From: an uncultured virus (IMG/VR IMGVR_UViG_3300030099_006902)
Taxonomy: Duplodnaviria > Heunggongvirae > Uroviricota > Caudoviricetes
IMG/VR virus record: IMGVR_UViG_3300030099_006902
Strand: one strand, 5' to 3'
DNA length: 20,000 bases
The position numbers were made by a program, and so were the translations under genes. The number at the start of each line of letters is the position of its first letter. Within the stretch, counting starts at the first letter, position 1. This document shows, piece by piece, positions 10,401 through 17,416 of the stretch. The notes beneath the pieces were generated by a model, which saw only the letters and a program-made list of their open reading frames with translations, was not told where the DNA came from and did no database searches.

Positions 10401-10779
10401 CTTTAGATTTTTAAATGCGAACGGTGACTCAGGGTATTTATCGCCAATACAAGTTGCTGAGTTAATAAATGATGGTGGCTACAAATATACAAAATTTGAT
10501 GTAATATATGAAAGCGAATTGCAAGAAGAAGATAGCAGACAAGACTCAACGCAATTCAAAAAACTATTGCAAATTACGCCGGCAATAGATCACCTTAAAT
10601 TAAATGATGCAAACGTAGACTACAGCATGCCCGCAATTAGTCAGAAAGATCAACTAAAGGGCATGGTTGGCAATGCAAAAGATTTAATTTGGGGTAAAAC
10701 TTTTAAATTTAGAATAACATCCAAGAAAACAGGTAAAAAAATAGATTTAAACATTAAATATAATCTGAGGGATACATAA
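7465..10779 (+). CDS. Large hypothetical protein (1104 aa), probable virion structural protein with beta-sandwich/FN3-like elements
   Basis: Long ORF. Segments YHDTQIKLNEEYTYTLYAY and FYEEKIRTNKKYYYLFRFLNANG resemble the Y-x-D...Y-x-Y-x-hydrophobic pattern of fibronectin type III/Ig-like folds (inference). Confidence 0.7.
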   Translation: MSIDRISITNIDNNMLSGSRDALRTEFGLYHYVVTDDEGHTKIVKNAVEADDWLVGSGPGDEPPIYIVPPSTYIAGMQTRDFGPRMSSSADVAVETRKFNCRLIGDEENVDSDLHWKTLLLGGTLNNENYKNIFESATFNDHSYDYVRPLNITRAKELARDVDTITSYQNFLHYEIAYNYNYHLPEYENAIKETNNLILPNVYMLQMTANSTDLIKEYPKYIRDFVTLDKYAPTGDGPIPGLKSLFNDASTEEPPPHYKAERDIYSAPGELRYFDQTKRFRDYLGKDYTSASFSAETENIIKQASSTLYYDSDFTGTWFKHVNDEVHRMPMSAYVKFPTEGAFSSTSSLYYSDIIKDNNIQEDLLYFLKNNFGAANENLNFVQETHMLQGGYKNEDDDTVLVYETKLSNDKRASIDFLAALGGIYDSTGFSKESDGIFMGPRSLNTITTENADSRFSFYKRMKTAQAIEDTINKMNNIVTATDGQYDVRRILDTLENNKGPAETIAYRLKKTGGSFLDSDRRLTTIQNMYFMNDNDLRTEGADMIYHDTQIKLNEEYTYTLYAYVVLPGYQYKYDNLRISRQIGVVTVRDTTGSFAPTTADRDICIEFYDPSTDNAASQLLMEETNLLGSEKIIIESDQNLDAFRYAYLIEELTLRDIFPSLDASISYDTFRESTGGLDFESLLADSVGAEPALDNVITALTTLGATGDTQIKQFYADNIPHIYDPSLVHSEGTDADVYSGAFEWHQVTARNKWRDDMTDIGKRIELALYRAWAKKTGTYVYVTSGTEVQVALTEPVNNKFATNAQIKSAYKYLADYNFTIAPSVRIVELPVATKTIRIMDHPPVAPDVTPYQRKDDSQIIGFYVRTESFRVPTDPTNTTTMSSFGIYPTPINNDERTKSQIYKTSNNMIAGEQIAKRSVSRPSMLEVYRIDKKPKSISDFDNNLVFTKDLSIENMQQQKHTSCFYEEKIRTNKKYYYLFRFLNANGDSGYLSPIQVAELINDGGYKYTKFDVIYESELQEEDSRQDSTQFKKLLQITPAIDHLKLNDANVDYSMPAISQKDQLKGMVGNAKDLIWGKTFKFRITSKKTGKKIDLNIKYNLRDT

Positions 10780-11819
10780 TGGGCTTTCAAGATAACGTCG
10801 GCGGTATTGTATTAGATGCAGCATTAACAGATGTTGGCCGCAAAAGAATGGCACAAGGTAATTTTAGAATCGATAAGTTTGCTTTAGGCGACGATGAAAT
10901 TGACTATGGCCTGTATAAACCAGCAGTAGGGACAGGCTCAGAAGATTTTAGTAAATTGGACGGTGCTCCAATTATGGAAGCGTTTGGAGGACAGAATTCA
11001 AACATAACCTATGGTCTTCAAAATTTTATTAGAGAAGATATCTTGCACCTTCCAAGTTTAAATGTAAACATGCGAACAGAAGTCCCAGAGTCAGCAAAAA
11101 AACACTCAGATGAGTTTTGGTATTTTGCTGTTAATACTGAAACGTCCAGAAAATTAGAAACTCAGCTTGGGGGTCGCAATTATGTTTTGGAAAACAACAC
11201 AATAGAAAAAACTAAAATTATTATAGAGTCAGGAATCCTTTGTGAAGATGGGGAGATATATCCCACTTTAATAAATAAAGAAAGATACCTATGCCAAATG
11301 GGGCTTTATGACAAGTATTTTATAGCATATTGTGATGATAGGTATATCGATAAACTTTTGACCTCGCCAAGAGACTCAATCTTTAAAAATGATATTGCGG
11401 ATAACTTATACATGAACTTGGAGCCGCTTCAAGATACCGTAAAAATATCATTACCTTCAGTTGATGACAATCACTCAAGCTATAGAATTGAAGCTGTTGA
11501 TAATGACATAATTGATTATGCATATGATGATCCACATGATGGTATGCCAGATATAGTCCGCACAGGTCAAAAACATTCTTCAATTTTTGGACCAAGATCT
11601 TCGGTGTTTGCGCTTAACTTTAAAGTTTTAGATGAAATGACATCTGATTCTAATAATTCACCTGATTATAGATACACAAAGTTTGGAACCACAAGCAATG
11701 CATTGTTTGGAAGCGCAGATTTGTATGATTTTATAGATACAACTATTTATATACAAGCACTATCATCTGATGCTAGAATCAGTATACCAATCAGGATAGT
11801 TAGATATGCCGGCACGTAA
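10779..11819 (+). CDS. Putative baseplate/tail structural protein, paralog A1
   Basis: 346 aa, TAATG-coupled. End-to-end similarity to 11883..12893 (LDAxLTDxGRxxMAxGNFRIxKFALGDDEIxY ... GPR ... TKFG ... DxID ... PIRIxRYxGx*). Confidence 0.7.
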   Translation: MGFQDNVGGIVLDAALTDVGRKRMAQGNFRIDKFALGDDEIDYGLYKPAVGTGSEDFSKLDGAPIMEAFGGQNSNITYGLQNFIREDILHLPSLNVNMRTEVPESAKKHSDEFWYFAVNTETSRKLETQLGGRNYVLENNTIEKTKIIIESGILCEDGEIYPTLINKERYLCQMGLYDKYFIAYCDDRYIDKLLTSPRDSIFKNDIADNLYMNLEPLQDTVKISLPSVDDNHSSYRIEAVDNDIIDYAYDDPHDGMPDIVRTGQKHSSIFGPRSSVFALNFKVLDEMTSDSNNSPDYRYTKFGTTSNALFGSADLYDFIDTTIYIQALSSDARISIPIRIVRYAGT

Positions 11820-11857
11820 TAAAATAAATTCTTATTGTCGAACAAAAAAAATACACA

Positions 11858-11865
11858 CTATTTAT
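11858..11865 (+). promoter_or_regulatory. Candidate phage late promoter motif CTATTTAT
   Basis: Intergenic, 25 nt before ATG 11883. Confidence 0.5.
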
Positions 11866-11882
11866 GTAAGAGAGGAAAATAA

Positions 11883-12893
11883 ATGGCTTTTATAGACGCT
11901 TCAGGCGACATTATTTTAGATGCAGTATTAACTGATTTGGGCCGTAGAAAAATGGCCAACGGAAACTTTAGAATTACTAAGTTTGCTTTAGGTGATGATG
12001 AAATTAATTATAGCCAATACGACGTTGATCATCCATCTGGTTCAGCATACAGTGATCTAGAAATACTTCAAACTCCTGTTTTTGAAGCTGTCACTGCGCA
12101 AAATTCATCAATTAATTATGGCTTGTTATCAATGACAAGAACTGATATTCTATACATGCCAACAATTAAAGTTAATAAAAACTTTGATGCCGCAGTGCAG
12201 CCAAGTGGAACCATTTATTATGTTCCAGTAAACGGCGAAACGGCTAAAAGAGTAAAAACAGCAACAGCGCTCGGAGTAAATGGCGAAAGAATAATTCCAT
12301 CATTGGCGGGAATGTCAGACAAGAGATTGTATCTTGAATCAGGTATTGATACCACTGATGAAGAAGCAGATTCTGTAGCAAGACAAAGCTTGATTACTTC
12401 TGTTGGTATGTTGGATAAAACGTTCCAAGTATCTGTTGATTCAAGATTTGTTTCCAGCGTGAGACAACTAGACGGTAAACAAATGTTTACAGGTGGCGAA
12501 AACTCTGATTCGGTTCAAATACCCACCAACATGGTGCCAGCAGGTGCACCGACACCAACACAAAACTTAACTAACTATACCACTTATAACATAAGAGGTG
12601 TTGACAATTTACTGTTTGCCCCAACAGCCGGCACGAGAGATGATCCTTCTGCTTTAGCTGGCCCACGTGGCACTGCATTAGCACTGACATTTAGTTTACG
12701 ATCTGAATTGAGAAAAACTAGTGCGAATGCAACACCAGTAGCCTTTACAAAATTTGGCAAAACAGACCAAACTCTTTTCCCCGGGAGTTCTGATAGGTTT
12801 GATTATATTGATTTTACTTGCTATATTATGGGGCTAAGTTCGACCGCCACCGCACAGGTGCCGATAAGAATTCTAAGATATACAGGAAGCTAA
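11883..12893 (+). CDS. Putative baseplate/tail structural protein, paralog A2
   Basis: 336 aa, GAGG SD, CTATTTAT at 11858; paralog of 10779..11819. Confidence 0.72.
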   Translation: MAFIDASGDIILDAVLTDLGRRKMANGNFRITKFALGDDEINYSQYDVDHPSGSAYSDLEILQTPVFEAVTAQNSSINYGLLSMTRTDILYMPTIKVNKNFDAAVQPSGTIYYVPVNGETAKRVKTATALGVNGERIIPSLAGMSDKRLYLESGIDTTDEEADSVARQSLITSVGMLDKTFQVSVDSRFVSSVRQLDGKQMFTGGENSDSVQIPTNMVPAGAPTPTQNLTNYTTYNIRGVDNLLFAPTAGTRDDPSALAGPRGTALALTFSLRSELRKTSANATPVAFTKFGKTDQTLFPGSSDRFDYIDFTCYIMGLSSTATAQVPIRILRYTGS

Positions 12894-12905
12894 TGGAGAC
12901 AAATA

Positions 12906-13949
12906 ATGCCAGTTCAAAACTTTGAAAATTTAGACACAAACACCGATGTAACTACCACAAGAACCTTGTTGCACGAAGTGATCCCATTAACAGGGACTAT
13001 CATATCAGGTGCTTATAGCGACAACAACATTAAAAACTATCCACACGGCATGTATCAGTCTGTGTTTGATTATCCTTACTTAAGTTCATCCGCAAACCAT
13101 ATCTTTGATTTGACAGTTGGCTACGATGAAACAAGTACGCTGTCAGCATCAGTTGGCTCGCCCGTTGCACAATCCAAAAAAATAAATCTATACAACCAGT
13201 ATTCACAGGTCCTGTTAGGATACACTGGTTCGACTACAGATGGCGTTCGCAAATTTGAAAACGATCTAACACTTGATGGTGTTGGAACAATGACAAACTG
13301 CTTTTTTATTAATTTTTCGAGATTGTTGGTTAAAGATCAAATTAAGAAAGGCTCTTTTTCAATTACTCTCGGTAGAGGTGATTATGATGCGGCTTTCACT
13401 ACGACTTACACCTACGAAGATATATCAGCTTCTGCTACCACTGAAACAGCTAACACAATTGGTGGCGACTATGGTTTGTTATATAGACAAGGAGCCAACA
13501 ACATTGTTCAGGGAGTAGTATTTTACCAAGCTGGTATTGTGGTGCTGTCTTCTTCAGCATTTGGCTCCATTCCCCAGTTTCATCCTAATGGTGGAGGTGG
13601 TTGGTGGACTGTCCACAATACAATGACATCTGCATCAATTAGTGGTGCTTGCGATTCAGTTAGACGCAGAATTGAAAATGTTTCCTTTAATAACACAACT
13701 GAGATTAATTCGAAAATTTATTTCTGCAGAGTGCCACACAATAAATACAATTATAGCTCTAATCCAACATATACTTCTGGTAGCAAGATTAGAGTTAAAG
13801 AGGTTGCTTCTGACGCACCTAGAGCATATATTACGACTGTGGGGCTTTATAATTCACAAAACGAACTTTTAGCAACTGCCAAATTATCTGAGCCGCTGAT
13901 GAAAGATCCAAGCAACGAATTGATTCTACGAGTTAGATTGGACTACTAA
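12906..13949 (+). CDS. Putative baseplate/tail structural protein, paralog B1
   Basis: 347 aa, GGAG SD at 12895-12898. Motifs IKKGSF, GVVFYQAGIVVL, YNYSSNPTY and C-terminal YITTVGLYNSQNELLATAKLSEP are shared with 13995..15284. Confidence 0.7.
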   Translation: MPVQNFENLDTNTDVTTTRTLLHEVIPLTGTIISGAYSDNNIKNYPHGMYQSVFDYPYLSSSANHIFDLTVGYDETSTLSASVGSPVAQSKKINLYNQYSQVLLGYTGSTTDGVRKFENDLTLDGVGTMTNCFFINFSRLLVKDQIKKGSFSITLGRGDYDAAFTTTYTYEDISASATTETANTIGGDYGLLYRQGANNIVQGVVFYQAGIVVLSSSAFGSIPQFHPNGGGGWWTVHNTMTSASISGACDSVRRRIENVSFNNTTEINSKIYFCRVPHNKYNYSSNPTYTSGSKIRVKEVASDAPRAYITTVGLYNSQNELLATAKLSEPLMKDPSNELILRVRLDY

Positions 13950-13968
13950 TCGTCTTTCAAGTAGGAGA

Positions 13969-13976
13969 CTACTTAC
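13969..13976 (+). promoter_or_regulatory. Candidate phage late promoter motif variant CTACTTAC
   Basis: Intergenic, 26 nt before ATG 13995. Confidence 0.45.
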
Positions 13977-13994
13977 TATAAAGAGGAATATAGC

Positions 13995-15284
13995 ATGTCT
14001 TTTAGAAAATTCACCGATAACGATGTGTTTCGCAATACTATGCGCGCATATCCAAAGGTGAATTTTTTTGTTTTTGATGGAAGAACATATTACAACTCAA
14101 CCCCCAACCAGAAAGGCACTAGAAATGCAACAGTAAAGAATGCTCCCGTAGGTTCTATAAGTTTGTATGAGTTTAACATTGATCGCCCTTATATGCCGTT
14201 AGGGTCAACCGGGGAGCCAGATGGAACAACAGTGCCTCTAGTTTCTGGCACAGTTCGAGATTATGGCCGTATTGCACCCTGGATTTCAAAAGATAGTGCT
14301 CGTTCGAGTTTTAAAACTGTGGGTGCTAATGCGGTTGGCAAAACGGCCTATAATAGTGAGTTTCAATATGGAGATATTTTACAAGGACAATATCCATTAA
14401 CAGCCTCAATAACCAGAGAGTTCATAACTGGTTCCCGCTCTTCCTTGATGGCGGACGGATATCCAGTTAATAAAGAACAAAAACACTACGTAGCATTAAG
14501 AAACAGACTAGACTTTTATGCTGTCAGAAGTTTACATTACAAAGTTAGTTCTCCATATGGCAACAAGGACGAGCAAAATTTAAATATATTGTCAATTCCA
14601 TCAATTTTCTATGGCACAAAAATAAAGCCAGGAAGCTTGTCTTTGAAATGGAATTACTCAGGATCATTGATAGCAGAATTAAAAGATCTAAGAGAAAACG
14701 GAGAACTAATACAAGTCTCAGGCACTATCTCAAGTAACGACGGTAAGGTAGCTGGGGTTGTTATGTATGACGAGGGTATTATTTTGCTAACCGGCTCATG
14801 GCAACTTTCAACAGCAACACTATACTTGAGAGATGGTTCAACGGCCGTGAACCCATCGTGGTTATATTATGGTGTTGGTGCGGGAGATGGTTTAAACAAA
14901 GGTAATTTGGGGGCAAATTATGTTTCTGCATCATATAATCTTGACTTTAAAGGTCATACAGAAACACAAGTAGTGACAATGTTTGCACATGCTATGCGTG
15001 GCCAAGTAAACTATTCTAATAATCCAACATTTTTGGAGCATGGTCAAACCCACACTGAGTTTACTTCTTCGCACGTTTATGAAGAGCGCGCTGACATAAG
15101 AATCAAAAACATTGTAAGCTCAAGTTATTCTGACTATAATGCGCCTTTCAAAAGAAATGTATATGTTTCCAGAATAGCAATTTATGATAAAAGTAAAAAC
15201 CTGATGGGTGTCGCAACTATATCAAACCCTATATTAAAAGAAGAAGGGCAAGATTATTCGTTTAAATTAAAGCTGGACATATAG
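13995..15284 (+). CDS. Putative baseplate/tail structural protein, paralog B2
   Basis: 429 aa, GAGGA SD at 13983-13987. Motifs IKPGSL, GVVMYDEGIILL, VNYSNNPTF, YVSRIAIYDKSKNLMGVATISNP match paralog B1. Confidence 0.7.
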   Translation: MSFRKFTDNDVFRNTMRAYPKVNFFVFDGRTYYNSTPNQKGTRNATVKNAPVGSISLYEFNIDRPYMPLGSTGEPDGTTVPLVSGTVRDYGRIAPWISKDSARSSFKTVGANAVGKTAYNSEFQYGDILQGQYPLTASITREFITGSRSSLMADGYPVNKEQKHYVALRNRLDFYAVRSLHYKVSSPYGNKDEQNLNILSIPSIFYGTKIKPGSLSLKWNYSGSLIAELKDLRENGELIQVSGTISSNDGKVAGVVMYDEGIILLTGSWQLSTATLYLRDGSTAVNPSWLYYGVGAGDGLNKGNLGANYVSASYNLDFKGHTETQVVTMFAHAMRGQVNYSNNPTFLEHGQTHTEFTSSHVYEERADIRIKNIVSSSYSDYNAPFKRNVYVSRIAIYDKSKNLMGVATISNPILKEEGQDYSFKLKLDI

Positions 15285-15290
15285 TATAAT
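15261..15290 (+). promoter_or_regulatory. Putative sigma70 promoter for a leaderless ruvC-like transcript
   Basis: TTTAAA (15261-15266) - 18 bp - perfect TATAAT (15285-15290); the ATG is 7 nt downstream and there is no SD. Confidence 0.45.
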
Positions 15291-15297
15291 AGTAAAC

Positions 15298-15861
15298 ATG
15301 ATTTTAGGAATTGATATAAGTACCAGCATAACAGGGTTTGCCATTGTTGCAGACAATCAACTTGTTTTTTATGACTCAATTGATTTGAGAAAATATAAAA
15401 ACATCTTTGACAAAACAATAGCAATGAAAGAAAAACTGCTCGATATCTACGAGATGTATCAGTGTAATAATGATGATGTTGCTGCAGGATATGGTGCATC
15501 TGAGTATCCCATTGAACACATTTATATTGAGCAGTCCCTACATATGTTCATGGGCGGAAAATCTTCTGCAAAAACACTTTCTACACTTACTAGATTTAAT
15601 GGTATTGTTTCTTGGCTTGTGTTTGAGTTGTTTGAAATTAGACCAGAATTTATTGGGGCAACGTCGGCCCGCAAACAAGCAGGAATAAAAGTTCCAAGAG
15701 GACAAAAAGCAAAACAAGTAGTATTACAATATTTACTTGACAACGAGCCGGCATTTAAGATAGAATACACAAAACACGGTAACCCCAAACCAGAATCATA
15801 TGACAGGGCTGATGCCATAGTGATAGCTAAGGCCGGCTATGCATTGGAACAAAAAACTTAA
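15298..15861 (+). CDS. ruvC: RuvC-like Holliday junction resolvase (RNase H fold)
   Basis: N-terminal ILGIDxSxxxTGxA, central IYIE, ARK..G...K..V and C-terminal DRADAIVIA reproduce the D/E/D/D catalytic arrangement of the RuvC family. Confidence 0.85.
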   Translation: MILGIDISTSITGFAIVADNQLVFYDSIDLRKYKNIFDKTIAMKEKLLDIYEMYQCNNDDVAAGYGASEYPIEHIYIEQSLHMFMGGKSSAKTLSTLTRFNGIVSWLVFELFEIRPEFIGATSARKQAGIKVPRGQKAKQVVLQYLLDNEPAFKIEYTKHGNPKPESYDRADAIVIAKAGYALEQKT

Positions 15862-15868
15862 AAAATAC

Positions 15869-15897
15869 TTGACACCCTATTTAGATGGTGTTAATAT
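15869..15897 (+). promoter_or_regulatory. sigma70-type promoter of the FKBP gene
   Basis: TTGACA (15869-15874) - 17 bp - TAATAT (15892-15897), extended -10 TG at 15889-15890, A-tract upstream. Confidence 0.75.
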
Positions 15898-15932
15898 ACA
15901 CAAGATGATCTTTCATCAACCTAGGAGATAAA

Positions 15933-16379
15933 ATGAAAGTAACAAGCGGACAAAATGTTAGTGTCCATTATAAAGGAACCCTGTCTGACGGGACAGAGTT
16001 CGATAACTCCCGCACACGCGGACAAACCTTAGACTTCCAACTTGGAAGTGGCCAGTTGCTTCCAGCGTTCAACGATGCTGTTGTTGGAATGACAATTGGT
16101 GAGACTAAGACAATTACCTTATCACCCGAAGAGGCATATGGTGAGCCACAACAAGAAGCAATTCAGAATGTTCCCAGAACAGCATTTGATGATGATTTTG
16201 AGTTTGTTGTAGGTGGCACCGTGCAAGGAACAGGTCCTGCTGGACAATTCATTGCAAAAGTGCAGTCGGTTGATGACGACAGTGTTGTATTAGACCTCAA
16301 TCACCCACTCGCTGGAAAAGAATTAACTTTTGAAGTAGAGTTGGTTGACGCCCAAGAAAATTCAGCTGAAACTGAGTAA
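15933..16379 (+). CDS. FKBP-type peptidyl-prolyl cis-trans isomerase, SlyD/SlpA-like (insert-in-flap domain, no His-rich tail)
   Basis: VSVHYKGTLSDGTEFDNS, GxGQLLPAF, LSPEEAYG and DLNHPLAGKELTFEVEL are hallmark motifs; AGGAG SD at 15923-15927. Confidence 0.95.
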   Translation: MKVTSGQNVSVHYKGTLSDGTEFDNSRTRGQTLDFQLGSGQLLPAFNDAVVGMTIGETKTITLSPEEAYGEPQQEAIQNVPRTAFDDDFEFVVGGTVQGTGPAGQFIAKVQSVDDDSVVLDLNHPLAGKELTFEVELVDAQENSAETE

Positions 16380-16398
16380 TTCTAGTTATTAACAAATT

Positions 16399-16431
16399 AG
16401 CGATCATCATATGCATGGTGATCGTTTTTTT
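16399..16431 (+). terminator. Rho-independent terminator after the FKBP gene
   Basis: Stem CGATCATCAT (16401-16410), loop ATGC, ATGGTGATCG (16415-16424, one G-U pair), followed by T7 (16425-16431). Confidence 0.8.
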
Positions 16432-16432
16432 G

Positions 16433-16462
16433 TTGACAAATAACAATAACATATGGTAATAT
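16433..16462 (+). promoter_or_regulatory. sigma70-type promoter of the primase gene
   Basis: TTGACA (16433-16438) - 18 bp - TAATAT (16457-16462) with extended -10 TG at 16454-16455, directly after the terminator. Confidence 0.7.
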
Positions 16463-16476
16463 GCTTATGAGGGCCC

Positions 16477-17415
16477 ATGAACAAAAAAGAAGCAAAGAAA
16501 ATATTACATGAAGCGCTTGGAAACTATTCAGACAAAGGCAATGAGTTACTTTTTCGCTGCCCTTCGTGCAATCACCACAAGCGTAAGTTCTCTGTTAATC
16601 TCGATAAGAATGTTTATAAGTGTTGGATTTGCGATTATCGCGGTCGTAATATTAGGCGCATTGTTAGACGTTTTGGTTCGTATACACAACTACAGAAATG
16701 GGACCAAATTACAAACAGGTCAGATCTTGAAAGGTTTGCTGATTTATTTATGGAACCAGAGTGTGGAGAAAGTAATCAGAAACTCGAACTCCCAAAAGAA
16801 TTCATAAGTCTGTGTTCTAATAAAATTCCCGCTACTGGATTATATGCTTTAAAATATTTGCAAAACAGGGGAGTTACTAAAAACGACATTTTAAAATGGA
16901 AAGTCGGATACTGTTTTGGTGGCGAATACCGAAACAGAATTATAATCCCATCATTTGACAATGAAGGGGATATAAACTACTTTATCGCTAGATCGTATAC
17001 AGAAGATTCTTATAAATATAAAAATCCAAAAGCATCTAAAGATATCACTTTTAACGAACTATATATCGACTGGAATAAAGACCTTGTTATGGTCGAAGGA
17101 GTTTTTGATGCACTGGTCGCAGGAAATGCTGTTCCTATATTGGGTTCAACCTTACGGAAGGGGTCCAAATTATTACGAGAGATTGTACGGAACGACACCC
17201 CAATCTACATCGCACTCGATCCCGACGCAGCAAAAAAAGAAAGAAAGGTTATTAAAACGCTTTTGGAATACGATGTTGAGCTTTATAAAATAGACGTTTC
17301 TGGCTACGAAGATGTTGGTTCAATGCCAAAAGTTGTTTTTGAAGAGCGCAAAAACAACGCTACCTTTATTGAGGGCGATAACTATTTATTGCTAGATATG
17401 TTGTCGGCGGTATAA
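16477..17415 (+). CDS. dnaG: DNA primase (Zn-ribbon + TOPRIM; DnaG/phage gp61-like)
   Basis: CPSC...CWIC zinc ribbon, YLQNRG, RIIIP, FIARSY, KYKNP, TOPRIM VEGVFDA and ALDPDA, DVG. Confidence 0.92.
   Translation: MNKKEAKKILHEALGNYSDKGNELLFRCPSCNHHKRKFSVNLDKNVYKCWICDYRGRNIRRIVRRFGSYTQLQKWDQITNRSDLERFADLFMEPECGESNQKLELPKEFISLCSNKIPATGLYALKYLQNRGVTKNDILKWKVGYCFGGEYRNRIIIPSFDNEGDINYFIARSYTEDSYKYKNPKASKDITFNELYIDWNKDLVMVEGVFDALVAGNAVPILGSTLRKGSKLLREIVRNDTPIYIALDPDAAKKERKVIKTLLEYDVELYKIDVSGYEDVGSMPKVVFEERKNNATFIEGDNYLLLDMLSAV
17382..17389 (+). promoter_or_regulatory. Candidate late promoter motif CTATTTAT inside the 3' end of the primase gene
   Basis: 35 nt before ATG 17417, a gene with no visible sigma70 promoter of its own. 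Confidence 0.35.
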
Positions 17416-17416
17416 A

